DNA of 64,000 bases from Bdellovibrionales bacterium. Its GTDB lineage: Bacteria; Bdellovibrionota; Bdellovibrionia; Bdellovibrionales; JAUICD01. The position numbers and the translations under genes are program-made. Within the stretch, counting starts at the first letter, position 1, and every line of letters begins with the position of its first letter. The notes under the pieces were generated by a model. The model had not been told where the DNA came from. It saw nothing but the letters and a program-made list of their open reading frames with translations, and made no database searches. Location: contig OZ253553.1 in assembly GCA_965262715.1 (NCBI GenBank), forward strand, positions 416,001 through 480,000, given 5' to 3'. This document shows, piece by piece, positions 1-10,325 of this stretch.

Positions 1-1
1 A

Positions 2-1393
2 CGGAAACCAATCAATGGAGTCTGTAACAATAACCAAAAATATAGTTGTTCTACAGGAACTTCCAATGCTTCAGCTATCGCAGATACAAATACTTTTTAT
101 AAATGGCATTGTGAGGGGCTGCATGGTGGTACAGCTGCAACAAACTGTCAGATAAGAAAGCCAATAAATGGAGCTTGTAATAATAGTCAAAGAAATGCTT
201 GTTCTGCTGGTGATTCTGATGATGCAGCTGTAGCAGATACAGCTACTCTTTATAAATGGCACTGCGTAGGTGAACATGGTGGCACAACAGCAAGAAATTG
301 TCAAAAAGCCATACCTATCAATGGAGTTTGTGATAACAATCAAAGAAATAGTTGTTCTGCTGGTACAGCTAATGATGCAGCTATCGCAGATACAAATACT
401 CTTTATAAATGGCACTGTGTAGGCTTAAATGGTGGTACAACAGTAAGAAATTGCCAAAAAGCTATACCTATCAATGGAGTTTGTGATAATAGCAAACAAA
501 ATGGCTGTACAACTGGCACTCCAAGTGATGCTGCGGCAGATGATACCAGCACTCATTATAAATGGTACTGTTTAGGCAGTAATGGAGGCACAATAGCAAC
601 AGATTGTGAAAAAGCTAAACCTGTTAATGGAATTTGTGATAACACTAGAAGAAATGGTTGTTCTGCTGGTACAGCTAATGCTTCAGCTATCGCAGATACA
701 AATACTCTTTATAAATGGCACTGCGAAGGTCTGCATGGTGGCGCGACAGTAACAGATTGTGAAAAAACAAGATCTACAGATGGTGCTTGTGATAATAGTA
801 GGATTAATAGATGTCGGAATGGGACTACTTTAAATGATATAGATGATACGGATACTCTATACAAGTGGCAGTGTGTAGGCTTAAATGGAGGCAGAACACT
901 TACTTGTTCAAAGTCTAAGGCAGATTGTTCATTCCATAAATACTTCTGTGATGAAGGCTCTGAAGAAGATACAGGTGAAGGTTCTCCAGTACCTCCTGTA
1001 CCTGAATCTGGAGAAGCAACCCATTACACATGTCCATGTGTAAGTGATGATCGTAAAGCAGTCGCTTCTTGTAGAACACTTAAAAAAACAGCATGGTGTG
1101 GTGGAGATGTTGGTGCCATTGAGGGAAAGGATGTTGACGTGTATCTTGTTCGTATCAATACATGTCTGATAGGTACACCTAGTGATATTACAGATACAGA
1201 AGATATGCATAAATGGAAGTGTGATTGGTATGAATCTGTAGCTTTTTGTTCTGTTGTTAAACATGCAGAGTGTAGGCCATCTTCTGTAAAACTTTGTAAT
1301 AATGGTGCAACACGCACTTCTTATAGTCAAGAGGCAGGTACATGGAACTGTGCAGGTGGTACAACTAGCGTTAGTTGTTCAAGAGACGAATAA
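2..1393 (+). CDS. Cys-rich repeat protein, 3' part (5' end lies outside the window); six ~51-aa repeats, probably an extracellular/surface protein
   Basis: Manual translation of frame +2 is open from base 2 to TAA at 1391-1393. Repeats resemble PINGVCxxxxxxxCxxGxxxxxxxxDTxTxYKWHCxGxxGGxxxxxC. The ORF track reports only the last 84 aa (1139..1393, same frame). Confidence 0.85.
   Translation, partial: RKPINGVCNNNQKYSCSTGTSNASAIADTNTFYKWHCEGLHGGTAATNCQIRKPINGACNNSQRNACSAGDSDDAAVADTATLYKWHCVGEHGGTTARNCQKAIPINGVCDNNQRNSCSAGTANDAAIADTNTLYKWHCVGLNGGTTVRNCQKAIPINGVCDNSKQNGCTTGTPSDAAADDTSTHYKWYCLGSNGGTIATDCEKAKPVNGICDNTRRNGCSAGTANASAIADTNTLYKWHCEGLHGGATVTDCEKTRSTDGACDNSRINRCRNGTTLNDIDDTDTLYKWQCVGLNGGRTLTCSKSKADCSFHKYFCDEGSEEDTGEGSPVPPVPESGEATHYTCPCVSDDRKAVASCRTLKKTAWCGGDVGAIEGKDVDVYLVRINTCLIGTPSDITDTEDMHKWKCDWYESVAFCSVVKHAECRPSSVKLCNNGATRTSYSQEAGTWNCAGGTTSVSCSRDE
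5..920 (+). repeat. 153-bp coding tandem repeat, 6 units
   Basis: Units begin near 5, 158, 311, 464, 617 and 770; tataaatggcac/tacaagtggcag recurs every 153 bp. Confidence 0.9.
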
Positions 1394-1470
1394 ATAAAAT
1401 AGCAGATATCCTTGATTAAGCTATTGAAAAATGGAACTCAAGTGTTGATAAGCAGATTTTTTAGACAAAT

Positions 1471-1727
1471 GATTTCCATAATACTCTATAAAAAGAGGAT
1501 CTTTCTTACTCAAAATAAATAACTGACCTTAAGCGGGACACTTTAAGAAGTTGAAATCAAGTTTCAAGTATTTTTACACAATTTATATAGAAAAGCTCCA
1601 AGTTTATCTGCCTGTTTTGCTAAGTCAACGTGGCCTATCATATTCAATATAGCTTGAGCTTTTTCATTCAAAATGAACTGGCCTCTTGAGGCGAGCCTCT
1701 CGAGGTTGATTTATTTTGAGTGAAACG
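1471..1727 (+). repeat. Divergent member of the structured non-coding element family (family 1), with a different interior
   Basis: Starts gatttcc..taa..gaggat, has outer stem ACTCAAAATAAAT/ATTTATTTTGAGT and ends gaaac like other copies. Confidence 0.5.
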
Positions 1728-1734
1728 AATTAGG

Positions 1735-1800
1735 TGCAAAAATTTAAAGCAGATCCCTGTTACCTGATACTGATGCCAGATTGCCGGACTGCCAGATCCC
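1735..1800 (+). repeat. Dispersed ~65-bp repeat, second copy at 26270-26335
   Basis: agatccctgttacctgatactgatgccagattgccggactgccagatccc versus agatccctgttacctgatactgaggccagagtgccggtttgccagatccc. Confidence 0.8.
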
Positions 1801-1851
1801 GGAATAGAGATGTTGTAAAATGCAAATATTTATTTTTGAGAGGGCTTCTAA

Positions 1852-1940
1852 ATTTTCTAGGTATTAGCCATTTTTGAAAGCGACAAGCCTTCAGGCTAAT
1901 ACCAGAAAGTTACTAAAAGTGGATTTATTTTGAGTGAAAC
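1852..1940 (+). repeat. Family 1 structured element, 3' half
   Basis: ttttctag-GTATTAGCC...GGCTAATAC-cagaaag...tttattttgagtgaaac. Confidence 0.7.
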
Positions 1941-2052
1941 AAAGACAGCCAAAATACTAGTTTTTCAGAAGTATTGAAAAATACACCTGTTTATCTTTTT
2001 AGACCCTATTGAGATATTTTTAAAACCAAAATAAAATATAAAGAGAACACTT

Positions 2053-4272
2053 ATGTCAAACTTATGTTTTTACCTTCATAGATTGATTTTTTATAGTTTA
2101 AACGGGATGTTTTTACTACTTGTTAGCTGTGTGTCTATCTCTGATTCTGAATTTCAAAGTCAAAGCAGAGATGCTAGTGGTATATTATCTTTACCTGATG
2201 ATATTGAAGGGCTAGATAAGGAAAGTATTCAAAATTATTTACAAAAATTTTCTGAAAAGAATGAAGACATCTCTTCTCAATGGTGGGTGAACTATCAAAG
2301 GGCGAGACTATGGGAGGATAAAGATAATGAAAAGGCTTGTCTTGCATTTAAGGAGTTATCTGAGAAAAAAGACTTTCCTCTTCATAAATTAGCATCTATT
2401 AAAAAGAAGAGTGTTTGTCGTGTTACTGAAGATGATCTGATAGAGCTTAAACAAGTTTTAGAAAATAAAGAGGATAAATGGTTACATCATTTAGCGGCAG
2501 AGGTGGGAGCAGCTCAAGCCTTATATCTTTCTCTACCATCTTACTTATCCTACTTCCAATATAAGCTTTCTTATCATACACCGGTTTCTTCAAAGAAAAT
2601 AGACCTTTTAGAGCAATCTGTAGCTCATGCTCAAAATGCTAAAGATCAAGAACAAGAAGTATTATCATCTAAAAGACTTTATAAAGTAGCTCCGAGATTG
2701 ATGCCAAATAGTAAAATCTCTCCATTTAAATTGGCCTATGATTATAGAAAGGCTAGGCAATTTGATAAAGCTATTTCTATTTATAAATCTATTATAAGAA
2801 ATAATAAATCGTCTCTTTATGAAGTGTATCTATCTTTAAAACACTTGCGGACAGTCAGTAAACTTATGAATAATAAAAAAGATGTATTAAAATATTCTTT
2901 TCAAGTCTCACAAGTTACTAGGAACGGATTTTTACAAACTTTAAAGAGAAAACAAAATCGATGTCACAGAGAAAGGAGCAGGCTTTATCATGATGGTTCC
3001 CTGCTTTATGCAAAAACCTTATGGACACAAAACAAGAGGGCGCAAGCTCAAGAAGTACTACAAACCGCACAACAAAGCCTAAAAAAGTGTAGAACTTCAG
3101 GTCATATTTATTGGGTTTTAACTCAAATGAAAGAAGAGGCTAGGGACTTTGAGGGTGCTATTTCCTGGGCTCAAAAAGGTTTAGCAGTGGCAAGGTTTAA
3201 ATCGACCATCTGGAAAAAACTCAAGTGGAGGCTTGCGTGGAATTTTAGAAAGAAATTGGAATTTCAAGAAGCCATTGATCAGTTCAAAGAAATTGTTAAA
3301 ATAACTAAAGATGATTTCCTGCGTTCAAAATACACTTACTGGATGGCTCGAACTTTTGAAGACATGGGCAATAAATCACAAGCAGAGTTAGAATTTCAGA
3401 AACTCACTGAAACAAACGCTTTGGGTTATTATGGTCTTTTAGCTTATAGAAGCTTAAAAAAACCTATACCTGCTTTTAACAATCAACAAGATATAATTCC
3501 TAAACGCTTTCTAGCAAGCACATCTAAAACAACTATTATAGATGAAAATCTTGTGAATTGGTTAATTTCTGTAAATGAAAAAGAGCTTGCAAAGAATTAT
3601 TTAAGAACGAAAAAAGTGAAAATATCAAAAACAAGCGCAGAGATGAAAAATATCATTGATTATTTTTCTATTGTAGGGGATCACATTCAGGTATTTTCAT
3701 ATTTATCAAAACTTTCCTTTGACCCTAAAGATGAGGCATTTTCACAGCTTCTTTTTCCAACTCCTTATTTAAGGCAAATCACAGAACTTTCTTATAAATA
3801 CACTGTTCCAAAAGAGCTTATTTATTCTATTATTCGACAAGAGTCAGCATTTGATAGATATGCGCGTAGTCCAGCAGATGCTTTTGGTTTAATGCAGCTC
3901 CTTCCACGAGTGGCTCAAGAAACATCTGATTTGTCTGATGTGCCTTACTCTTCTGTAGAAGATTTATATCATCCAAAAACAAATTTATCTTTAGGTATTT
4001 TTCATTTGAGGCAATTGCTTGATAAATTTGATAACCAATTTATTATGGCAGTTGCTTCTTATAATGCCCCAGAAGAGGCTGTTAGAAATTGGGTTAAGCA
4101 TAGGTTCCATGACAACCCGGTAGAGTTTATTGAGGATATTCCTTATAGAGAGACAAGGCTTTATATAAAGCTCGTTATACGTAACTTGATATTTTACCAA
4201 AGTCTTTTTTCAGATAAAGAAATCTCCTTCCCTGAATGGTGTTTAAGCGGTTTACAATCTTTTAAATCTTAG
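2053..4272 (+). CDS. slt: Soluble lytic murein transglycosylase (TPR-like superhelix plus C-terminal SLT domain), probable lipoprotein
   Basis: SLT motifs IIRQESAF, AFGLMQL, ASYNA and EDIPYRETRLY; N-terminal hydrophobic stretch ending in LVSC. Confidence 0.9.
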   Translation: MSNLCFYLHRLIFYSLNGMFLLLVSCVSISDSEFQSQSRDASGILSLPDDIEGLDKESIQNYLQKFSEKNEDISSQWWVNYQRARLWEDKDNEKACLAFKELSEKKDFPLHKLASIKKKSVCRVTEDDLIELKQVLENKEDKWLHHLAAEVGAAQALYLSLPSYLSYFQYKLSYHTPVSSKKIDLLEQSVAHAQNAKDQEQEVLSSKRLYKVAPRLMPNSKISPFKLAYDYRKARQFDKAISIYKSIIRNNKSSLYEVYLSLKHLRTVSKLMNNKKDVLKYSFQVSQVTRNGFLQTLKRKQNRCHRERSRLYHDGSLLYAKTLWTQNKRAQAQEVLQTAQQSLKKCRTSGHIYWVLTQMKEEARDFEGAISWAQKGLAVARFKSTIWKKLKWRLAWNFRKKLEFQEAIDQFKEIVKITKDDFLRSKYTYWMARTFEDMGNKSQAELEFQKLTETNALGYYGLLAYRSLKKPIPAFNNQQDIIPKRFLASTSKTTIIDENLVNWLISVNEKELAKNYLRTKKVKISKTSAEMKNIIDYFSIVGDHIQVFSYLSKLSFDPKDEAFSQLLFPTPYLRQITELSYKYTVPKELIYSIIRQESAFDRYARSPADAFGLMQLLPRVAQETSDLSDVPYSSVEDLYHPKTNLSLGIFHLRQLLDKFDNQFIMAVASYNAPEEAVRNWVKHRFHDNPVEFIEDIPYRETRLYIKLVIRNLIFYQSLFSDKEISFPEWCLSGLQSFKS

Positions 4273-4286
4273 CAAATAACAGGTTA

Positions 4287-4653
4287 TGGCCTTAATGGAA
4301 TGAATACGTCTCTTTCATTTTAGGCATCTAAATCTTTTGATGGATTATGTACCTTAAATGTTGTTAAGTTTTATAACTGTAATAGGTCTTGCTGCACAAA
4401 CATGTATGAGAGTTATGTAGGCACCTTCACTAGCAGTAGAGGGCCTCCGTGCCTTCTACCGCTTTCATTTTTTGATTTTATATAATCCTTTCTCCTAAGC
4501 CGCTAGCCTGAGGTGGCTCGCCACAACTAGATCAGATACCTACCATAACTTTCTAACATTTATATACCTGCTTTAAATCAATATTTGTGCAACAAAGCCA
4601 CTGTAATAATTAATTTAACAAGTAAGGGGGACAGATTCATTCCATTAAGGTCA
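4287..4653. mobile_element. MITE-like element with 16-bp perfect terminal inverted repeats, containing a nested second MITE
   Basis: CCTTAATGGAATGAAT (4290-4305) and ATTCATTCCATTAAGG (4635-4650); no ORF inside. Confidence 0.6.
4385..4599. mobile_element. Non-autonomous MITE of IS5 family (IS903-like ends) with 9-bp target site duplication
   Basis: Ends GGTCTTGCTGCACAAA and TTTGTGCAACAAAGCC (reverse GGCTTTGTTGCACAAA); direct repeat ACTGTAATA at 4376-4384 and 4600-4608. Confidence 0.8.
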
Positions 4654-4829
4654 CAAGAAAACATAAATAAAAAGCTTAAGATTATGCTAAAAACTATGGG
4701 TTTCTAGGTTCTTTTTGACTTTTTCCTGCTTTGCCTATACACTGAAAGTACAATAAAAATTTTAAAAAAGAGGTTAATTCATAAACAAACCTTTAAAAAA
4801 CTAAAAAACCTATATAGGAACAATATAGT

Positions 4830-5060
4830 ATGTCTACGGTTAAAAAAAAGATTTCTCTTACAGTGGATTATAAATTCTATGATGAACTCAAAAGGTTACA
4901 ACAAACTAAAGGTAAGTCGTCACTATCTTCTACCGTTTTAGAGCTAACAAAAGAAGCTTTAGAGCTTGAAGAAGATATTTACTTTGATAAAATTGCATCT
5001 CAAAGGGAGCGTGAAGGTACAATTTCTCATAAATCTATTTGGAAAAAAAGTAAATTATAA
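4830..5060 (+). CDS. Antitoxin, RHH/CopG-like (RelB-type)
   Basis: 76 aa, RHH-like N-terminus (KISLTVD) and ALELEED...ISH C-terminus; abuts the toxin gene. Confidence 0.75.
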   Translation: MSTVKKKISLTVDYKFYDELKRLQQTKGKSSLSSTVLELTKEALELEEDIYFDKIASQREREGTISHKSIWKKSKL

Positions 5061-5336
5061 ATGTGGAAAATCTCTTATAAACGTTCTGTTAAAAAAGATC
5101 TTAAAGAAATTCCCAAAAACATGAGAGATACTTTAGAGAAAGCGATTGAAACAAAGCTTATGGTCGATTCTATTCAATTCGGCTTTCCACTTAAAAAGAA
5201 TTTAAAAGAACTGATGAAACTACGAGTAGGAAATTATCGTATTGTTTATTCTGTTCAAAAGAAAACTATTATGGTCTTTGTTATTAAAATAGGACACAGA
5301 AAAGAAGTCTATAAAAAGGCTAGTAAATCTCAATAG
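5061..5336 (+). CDS. relE: RelE/ParE family toxin
   Basis: Basic 91-aa protein with KLRVGNYRIVY and KIGHRKEVY motifs. Confidence 0.9.
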   Translation: MWKISYKRSVKKDLKEIPKNMRDTLEKAIETKLMVDSIQFGFPLKKNLKELMKLRVGNYRIVYSVQKKTIMVFVIKIGHRKEVYKKASKSQ

Positions 5337-6116
5337 ATGTAAAATAAGGGAAAGGATTTCCTTAACATGATGTTAAACAACGGAGGGAGTCTCCCTAGTA
5401 AAATGCATCTTTCTTTCTAGGCAGTCAGCATTTTCTTGAAGGGGACACATCCCGTAACGTGAGCCTTCAGGCTGACTAGTAAATAATAACAGTTTCCCTA
5501 ACATAATGTAAGAGAATAAGGAGAGTCTCCCTACTAAAATGCATCTTTCTTTCTAGGCGATAACCATTTTCTGATGGAGCCATCAGGGTTATCGCCAGAA
5601 AGTAGCCAGAGTTAAAAGGTGTGTTGTTTTTTTAGAAAAAACAAGGAAAAAATCTTTGGAGCAATGACTTGATGTTTTAAGCTAAGCCTCGAAGTCCTCG
5701 AGTGATCGCTTGTGTAGCGATCACTCTGCGGAATATCTCGTCTTTAGCTTAAAACATCAATTCTCAAGCTGCTATGAAAAGATTTGGGTGATTTGTAAGG
5801 AGAAGGATATAGCAGAGAAGATGTAAAATAAGGGAAAGGATTTCCTTAACATGATGTTAAACAACGGAGGGAGTCTCTCTACTCAAAATAAACGGATTTT
5901 CTAGGCAGTCAGCATTTTCTTGAAGGGGACACATCCCGTAACGTGAGTCTTCAGGCTGACTAGTAAATAATAACAGTTTCCCTAACATAATGTAAGAGAA
6001 TGAGGAGAGTCTCCCTACTAAAATGCATCTTTCTTTCTAGGCGATAACCATTTTCTGATGGAGCCATCAGGGTTATCGCCAGAAAGTAGCCAGAGGCTAG
6101 ATGCATTTTAGTGAAA
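5335..6116 (+). repeat. Cluster of four family 1 structured elements, arranged as a ~277-bp duplication (5335-5611 and 5819-6095)
   Basis: Near-identical direct repeat at offset 484; each half has two ttcc(t)taacat..ggag.gtctc.ct..ttctag-stem units. Confidence 0.85.
5669..5760. repeat. RPE-1-like palindromic element (family 2)
   Basis: Outer stem TTGATGTTTTAAGCTAA/TTAGCTTAAAACATCAA; core gtcctc-GAGTGATCGCT..AGCGATCACTC-tgcgg; related copy at 22555-22630. Confidence 0.7.
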
Positions 6117-6300
6117 CAGAGGCAGGTTTATTTTTAGGGAAACATTGACTTTTAGGATTTTTTATATTAAGTTTAATCTTTAATTATTTAAGAAGTATTC
6201 TACTAATAATTGGGAGGCATAAGATGTATACTAAAGCATTGTACATTGTATCCAAATCACAAAGCCAATTTGTTTTACAGGTAGCTCTTTGTAATTTGAT

Positions 6301-8409
6301 ATGGTGCTTAATACATCGTGTTATCCTAATCCATCAACAACTAAATTACCAGTTCTAAATGAAGATTCTGTAAAACCAAACCCAGAAGATATCTCTACTG
6401 ATACGGGTATACCTTCAACTAGTTCTTCTGTCACAGAAGAAGCTTTAGTATCTGAAGGTCCAATAGGAGAGATCGCAAAAGATATTACATCAGATGATGT
6501 CAAAGGGTCTCTTGATGAAGAAGTTCCCCTACGGCTTGAATTTGAAGAATTTGTGGATGATCTTGCAGAAGATCCAAAGTCTGCTTTTCTTAAACAGATG
6601 TTTCTTTTAGATTATCAAGAAATTAAATATGCTTATTCTAATGATCCTCAAATGAGGCTTGAGATTTCTTTTTTTAGAGAGGCTCTTGTGAAGATCATGG
6701 AAACAGAATTTTATTTAACGTTGATTTTAGGACGAAGAACATTCAAACGGATATATTCTGAAATTCCATCTCATTATAAGGTGAATGGGCATAACTTTTA
6801 TGAAGGAGTGAGGCAATACCACGACCGTTTGCAACAAAACTTGGATCAAAGCTCTCTTGAAATAAAACAAGTAATGACAATCATACTCTTAGACACTGCT
6901 ATAAAACTTTCTTTAATTGAACAGAGAGAAAAGAATATAAAGCAAAGTATCTTAGATGCAGAAAATCCAGATCAGCATTTATTAGAGAAAATGCAACAAG
7001 TGATGAGAGATAAGAGTCAAATTTTTGCAAACGAATCTTGGGCGATGATTCTTTTTGAGGATGTTGAAGATCATAGAGGTAATACCCTACTTTTAAAAGA
7101 TATTATAATGAAAATTTATAAAGATCATTTATCATTAGGTGATATTGATCCAGAAGATGATTTGATAAATCTCTCAGAAAAAGCACAGGAATTCTTAGGT
7201 CACATTCATACAGAAATACAACCTTCATTACGTCAAGCATCTCAGCAAGTGCTTAAGATGATTTCAGGTAGAGTAAATCTTTACAGAGATAAGCGAACAA
7301 TTTTATTTGTACATAACTTAATCCAACAAGAAACTTTAAAACACTTGGAAGATATTCAAGATAATGATGCTTTAACTGTTTATAATGGGTTTATCAATCA
7401 AAGAAGTCGGCCCGTAACTGTTGGTGGTGTGGCTATAGCTGCTGGTCGTCTTTTAATATGTAATATGAGTAGAGTAGTGAGTGTATCATCTACTATTTTA
7501 ATTGCTACTGTGGGCCTTTTAGATTCAGTTTCTCTTAAACAAACATTTTATAGAGGGGCAATCTTTGGTTTAAATAATTATTTGCAGTATGACTTGTATG
7601 ATAATGCTGACTTCTCAGAATTTGTTGTAAATGCGTCTTTATCAGCTGTGGCTATGGCCTTCATGTGCTCAAAGTCAAGATCATTGCCTGTCACCAGTCT
7701 ATTCATGTCAAATCCAGTTTATACCAGAAGTTTATCGACAGTAATAAATTCATTTTCAAAAATGGATATAAGCCTTCAACAGTTAAGGGAAGGTGGTCGA
7801 CAGCTTTTAAAAAAACTAAAAGAAGGAGTGTTTGATGTCAATGCACTTCCATCAGCAATTGCTTCTTTAGCTACTTTTTACTTCATTGGACGTTTAGAAG
7901 AATGTGATGAAATACTGACTTTAGAATGTCATAAAAGGTGGGATGAAGAATTCGTGCTTTTACTGAGTATTACTTTTGTGGTAGAGTTTGTATTTGTATT
8001 TAAATCTTTAAATTCTGGAAAAGTATGGTTTTCTGATCAGCATTTCCAAGCTATGCAAGATATCGCAAGAACTGTGTTTGGAATTTCACTAGGTACACAA
8101 GCTGCTTTAAACCTTATCAATGGTAAAGATTTTTTTGATATTAACTATAGACTTGCATTTTTTGAAGTTATTTTCGGTTCATTAATTAGTCTGTCAACAA
8201 CTAAGTTTGTACTTCTTAAAATGGTTGATCCTTTTTCTGGTTGGTTGCAGAGGCAGGGAAGCTATTTTGGAAAACCATCAGCAACTTTTTTCTTAATGTT
8301 GTTAAAGAATATATTTGGTAATTATTTATATTTACAAATTGGACATGGCTTACTTGATGATGAACAAATAACTAATGATGAAGATAATGATAATCAAGAA
8401 GAGGAGTAA
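6301..8409 (+). CDS. Hypothetical membrane-associated protein, possibly a lipoprotein with a frameshifted signal peptide
   Basis: 702-aa ORF with hydrophobic C-terminal half. An RBS (GGGAGG) and ATG at 6224 lie out of frame upstream of VLNTSC. Confidence 0.7.
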   Translation: MVLNTSCYPNPSTTKLPVLNEDSVKPNPEDISTDTGIPSTSSSVTEEALVSEGPIGEIAKDITSDDVKGSLDEEVPLRLEFEEFVDDLAEDPKSAFLKQMFLLDYQEIKYAYSNDPQMRLEISFFREALVKIMETEFYLTLILGRRTFKRIYSEIPSHYKVNGHNFYEGVRQYHDRLQQNLDQSSLEIKQVMTIILLDTAIKLSLIEQREKNIKQSILDAENPDQHLLEKMQQVMRDKSQIFANESWAMILFEDVEDHRGNTLLLKDIIMKIYKDHLSLGDIDPEDDLINLSEKAQEFLGHIHTEIQPSLRQASQQVLKMISGRVNLYRDKRTILFVHNLIQQETLKHLEDIQDNDALTVYNGFINQRSRPVTVGGVAIAAGRLLICNMSRVVSVSSTILIATVGLLDSVSLKQTFYRGAIFGLNNYLQYDLYDNADFSEFVVNASLSAVAMAFMCSKSRSLPVTSLFMSNPVYTRSLSTVINSFSKMDISLQQLREGGRQLLKKLKEGVFDVNALPSAIASLATFYFIGRLEECDEILTLECHKRWDEEFVLLLSITFVVEFVFVFKSLNSGKVWFSDQHFQAMQDIARTVFGISLGTQAALNLINGKDFFDINYRLAFFEVIFGSLISLSTTKFVLLKMVDPFSGWLQRQGSYFGKPSATFFLMLLKNIFGNYLYLQIGHGLLDDEQITNDEDNDNQEEE

Positions 8410-8577
8410 AGGTTTTATCTTAAGCTAAATGTGAAACTATTTTCATAAATAAAACCTAGTCCTTTTGTTTAATTTTGAAATTTTAACAGCGTTTAATCAT
8501 CTTTCAGTTGATCTTTCTATTTCTATTTGGTTCTCTCTTTAAATTAAGGATTATTTAACAATCTTGAAATATTGAAA

Positions 8578-8766
8578 TTATTCTGTACTGCTTTCAGCAT
8601 TACTTTCAGCTTCTTCAATGGTTGTAATAGTTATCTGCTCTGTTTTGAGTTTTGTGAAAAAGTTAGTCTGAGCATTTATCATGATTTGTGAACGGCGTTC
8701 CATTTCAGAAGTAGAAAGTGTATCAAGTAAATGACTTACTTTTTTCAAAAATGATATGCTCATCAT
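8578..8766 (-). pseudogene. C-terminal fragment of the zincin-like paralog family
   Basis: LDTLSTSEMERR matches the C-terminal motif of the paralogs. Confidence 0.55.
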
Positions 8767-10154
8767 GGCCTGACTGTTTCTAAGATTTGTTCAAAGTTAA
8801 TATCCTCATATCTATCAGGTTTATCAGAAATAACTTCAAGAGCTCGTTCTAAAGTATGGAGACGACGGGTCATTTCAGAAGTAGAGAGTGTACCAAATGA
8901 ATAGATAGTGTTTATAATAAATTCAGGAATTTTGTTCATTCTAATAAATTCTAAGATTTGTCTTGTTAAGCGATTTTCAATTGAATTAAAATCTAATGAT
9001 CTTTCCTTATGTAGAGCATGTATTTTATTTGCTAACATCTCTGAGATTCTTAGATTTTCATAATTGCGCCTCCATGAATCTTTAAGACCTTCTGTAAACC
9101 CTGCCTCTAAAACAGGGCTTTCTGAAGTTTTTTGGAAGAGTTCAGAAACATCATTAGGTACACTTTGAAATCTGAAATCACTAGTAAGTAAACCAAATTT
9201 TCTAAGTAAATCATTAGTTTGAATTTCAAAAAGATTGTTTATTTCAATAATCTTCCTTCTTTGAGAAGGGTCTACTCCCATAATTTTATCCAAAGCTTCA
9301 AAGCGGTGAGCATACCTTCTTGTCACGTTAGGGTAATAAAGTCCACCGTTTGTCATTATATAAAGTTGCATGGCTTCAGCAAAATCCTCTTCAATTTTTT
9401 CATTCCCATATTTAGAAACACTTGTATTATCTGCTAAAATAGCATCTTGATATTTTTGATCAGGAGTAGCTGTGTCATTATTGTATGTATGACGTGCAAT
9501 AACATGTCCCAATTCATGTGGCATTGTCATCTCTGCATGATAGAGGCCTTGTAGCATTACATCTTTCAGATCAAGGTCTTTTCTGTCAGCTGGATGATTT
9601 TGAAAAATTCCAAAATAAATTATGATGTAATCCTCTTGAGATTCATTTCTTCCTGATTGACCTCCTATTACTCTGTCATCATCAGGGTTTTTTATAATGG
9701 GAGGATTCTTTTTGATGTAAATGGTATCAGCAAAACTCAAAGCTCTTCCTGGCAAATGACCGAAAACATTCTTAAGCCTTTTCAAAACTTCTGTGTCATT
9801 AAGAAGTATAATCTCGTCAGATGAAAGCCCACCAACTCTAAGGTGAATATTTTTGATTTGTCCATCCAAAAGGAATGAAACATTATAAGATAAGTAATAT
9901 AAGCGCATGTATTTTCCAGGTGTATTTAGTTGTTCCTCATATACTACTGGTGTTATAGGGCCATTTTCAATATGGATATTTGATACTCCAACTTTTTTGA
10001 ATGCGTCTGGTAATGTGAATGTATCTAATGCGCTTGATAATGCATTTGCACATCCTGCTTTATGTGTTTTTAAATTAGATATCTCATTAGATATGGATTC
10101 ATTAGGGATGAAAAAGCTGAAAAAACAGCATAAAAAAAGAATGAAATACTGCAT
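8763..10154 (-). CDS. Secreted zinc metallopeptidase-like protein with intact HExxH
   Basis: Signal peptide; MPHELGHV and downstream SVSKYG...EEDFAEAM (third zinc ligand). Confidence 0.8.
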   Translation of the reverse strand: MQYFILFLCCFFSFFIPNESISNEISNLKTHKAGCANALSSALDTFTLPDAFKKVGVSNIHIENGPITPVVYEEQLNTPGKYMRLYYLSYNVSFLLDGQIKNIHLRVGGLSSDEIILLNDTEVLKRLKNVFGHLPGRALSFADTIYIKKNPPIIKNPDDDRVIGGQSGRNESQEDYIIIYFGIFQNHPADRKDLDLKDVMLQGLYHAEMTMPHELGHVIARHTYNNDTATPDQKYQDAILADNTSVSKYGNEKIEEDFAEAMQLYIMTNGGLYYPNVTRRYAHRFEALDKIMGVDPSQRRKIIEINNLFEIQTNDLLRKFGLLTSDFRFQSVPNDVSELFQKTSESPVLEAGFTEGLKDSWRRNYENLRISEMLANKIHALHKERSLDFNSIENRLTRQILEFIRMNKIPEFIINTIYSFGTLSTSEMTRRLHTLERALEVISDKPDRYEDINFEQILETVRP

Positions 10155-10325
10155 TATAAACCTTTATTTTTTTATGAAGTTTTTTTTTGAGATTAAGATA
10201 AGTGAAAATACTTTGAGAAAAATACTTTGTCAAGAAGTCTTTGAGGGCATTGAAAATAATGAAAAAGCGTATAAGAACTTTAGAGCAAGTGCGGTATGAA
10301 TACTTCTGATGAAGTTTCTAGGAGG

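Noticed and set aside
71..1330. Minus-strand ORFs 71..415, 929..1330 and 1024..1317
   Set aside because: Antisense shadows of the plus-strand Cys-rich repeat gene.
5355..6116. Family 1 element as a hammerhead ribozyme or retrozyme
   Set aside because: GAAA is present but no CUGANGA core is conserved across copies.
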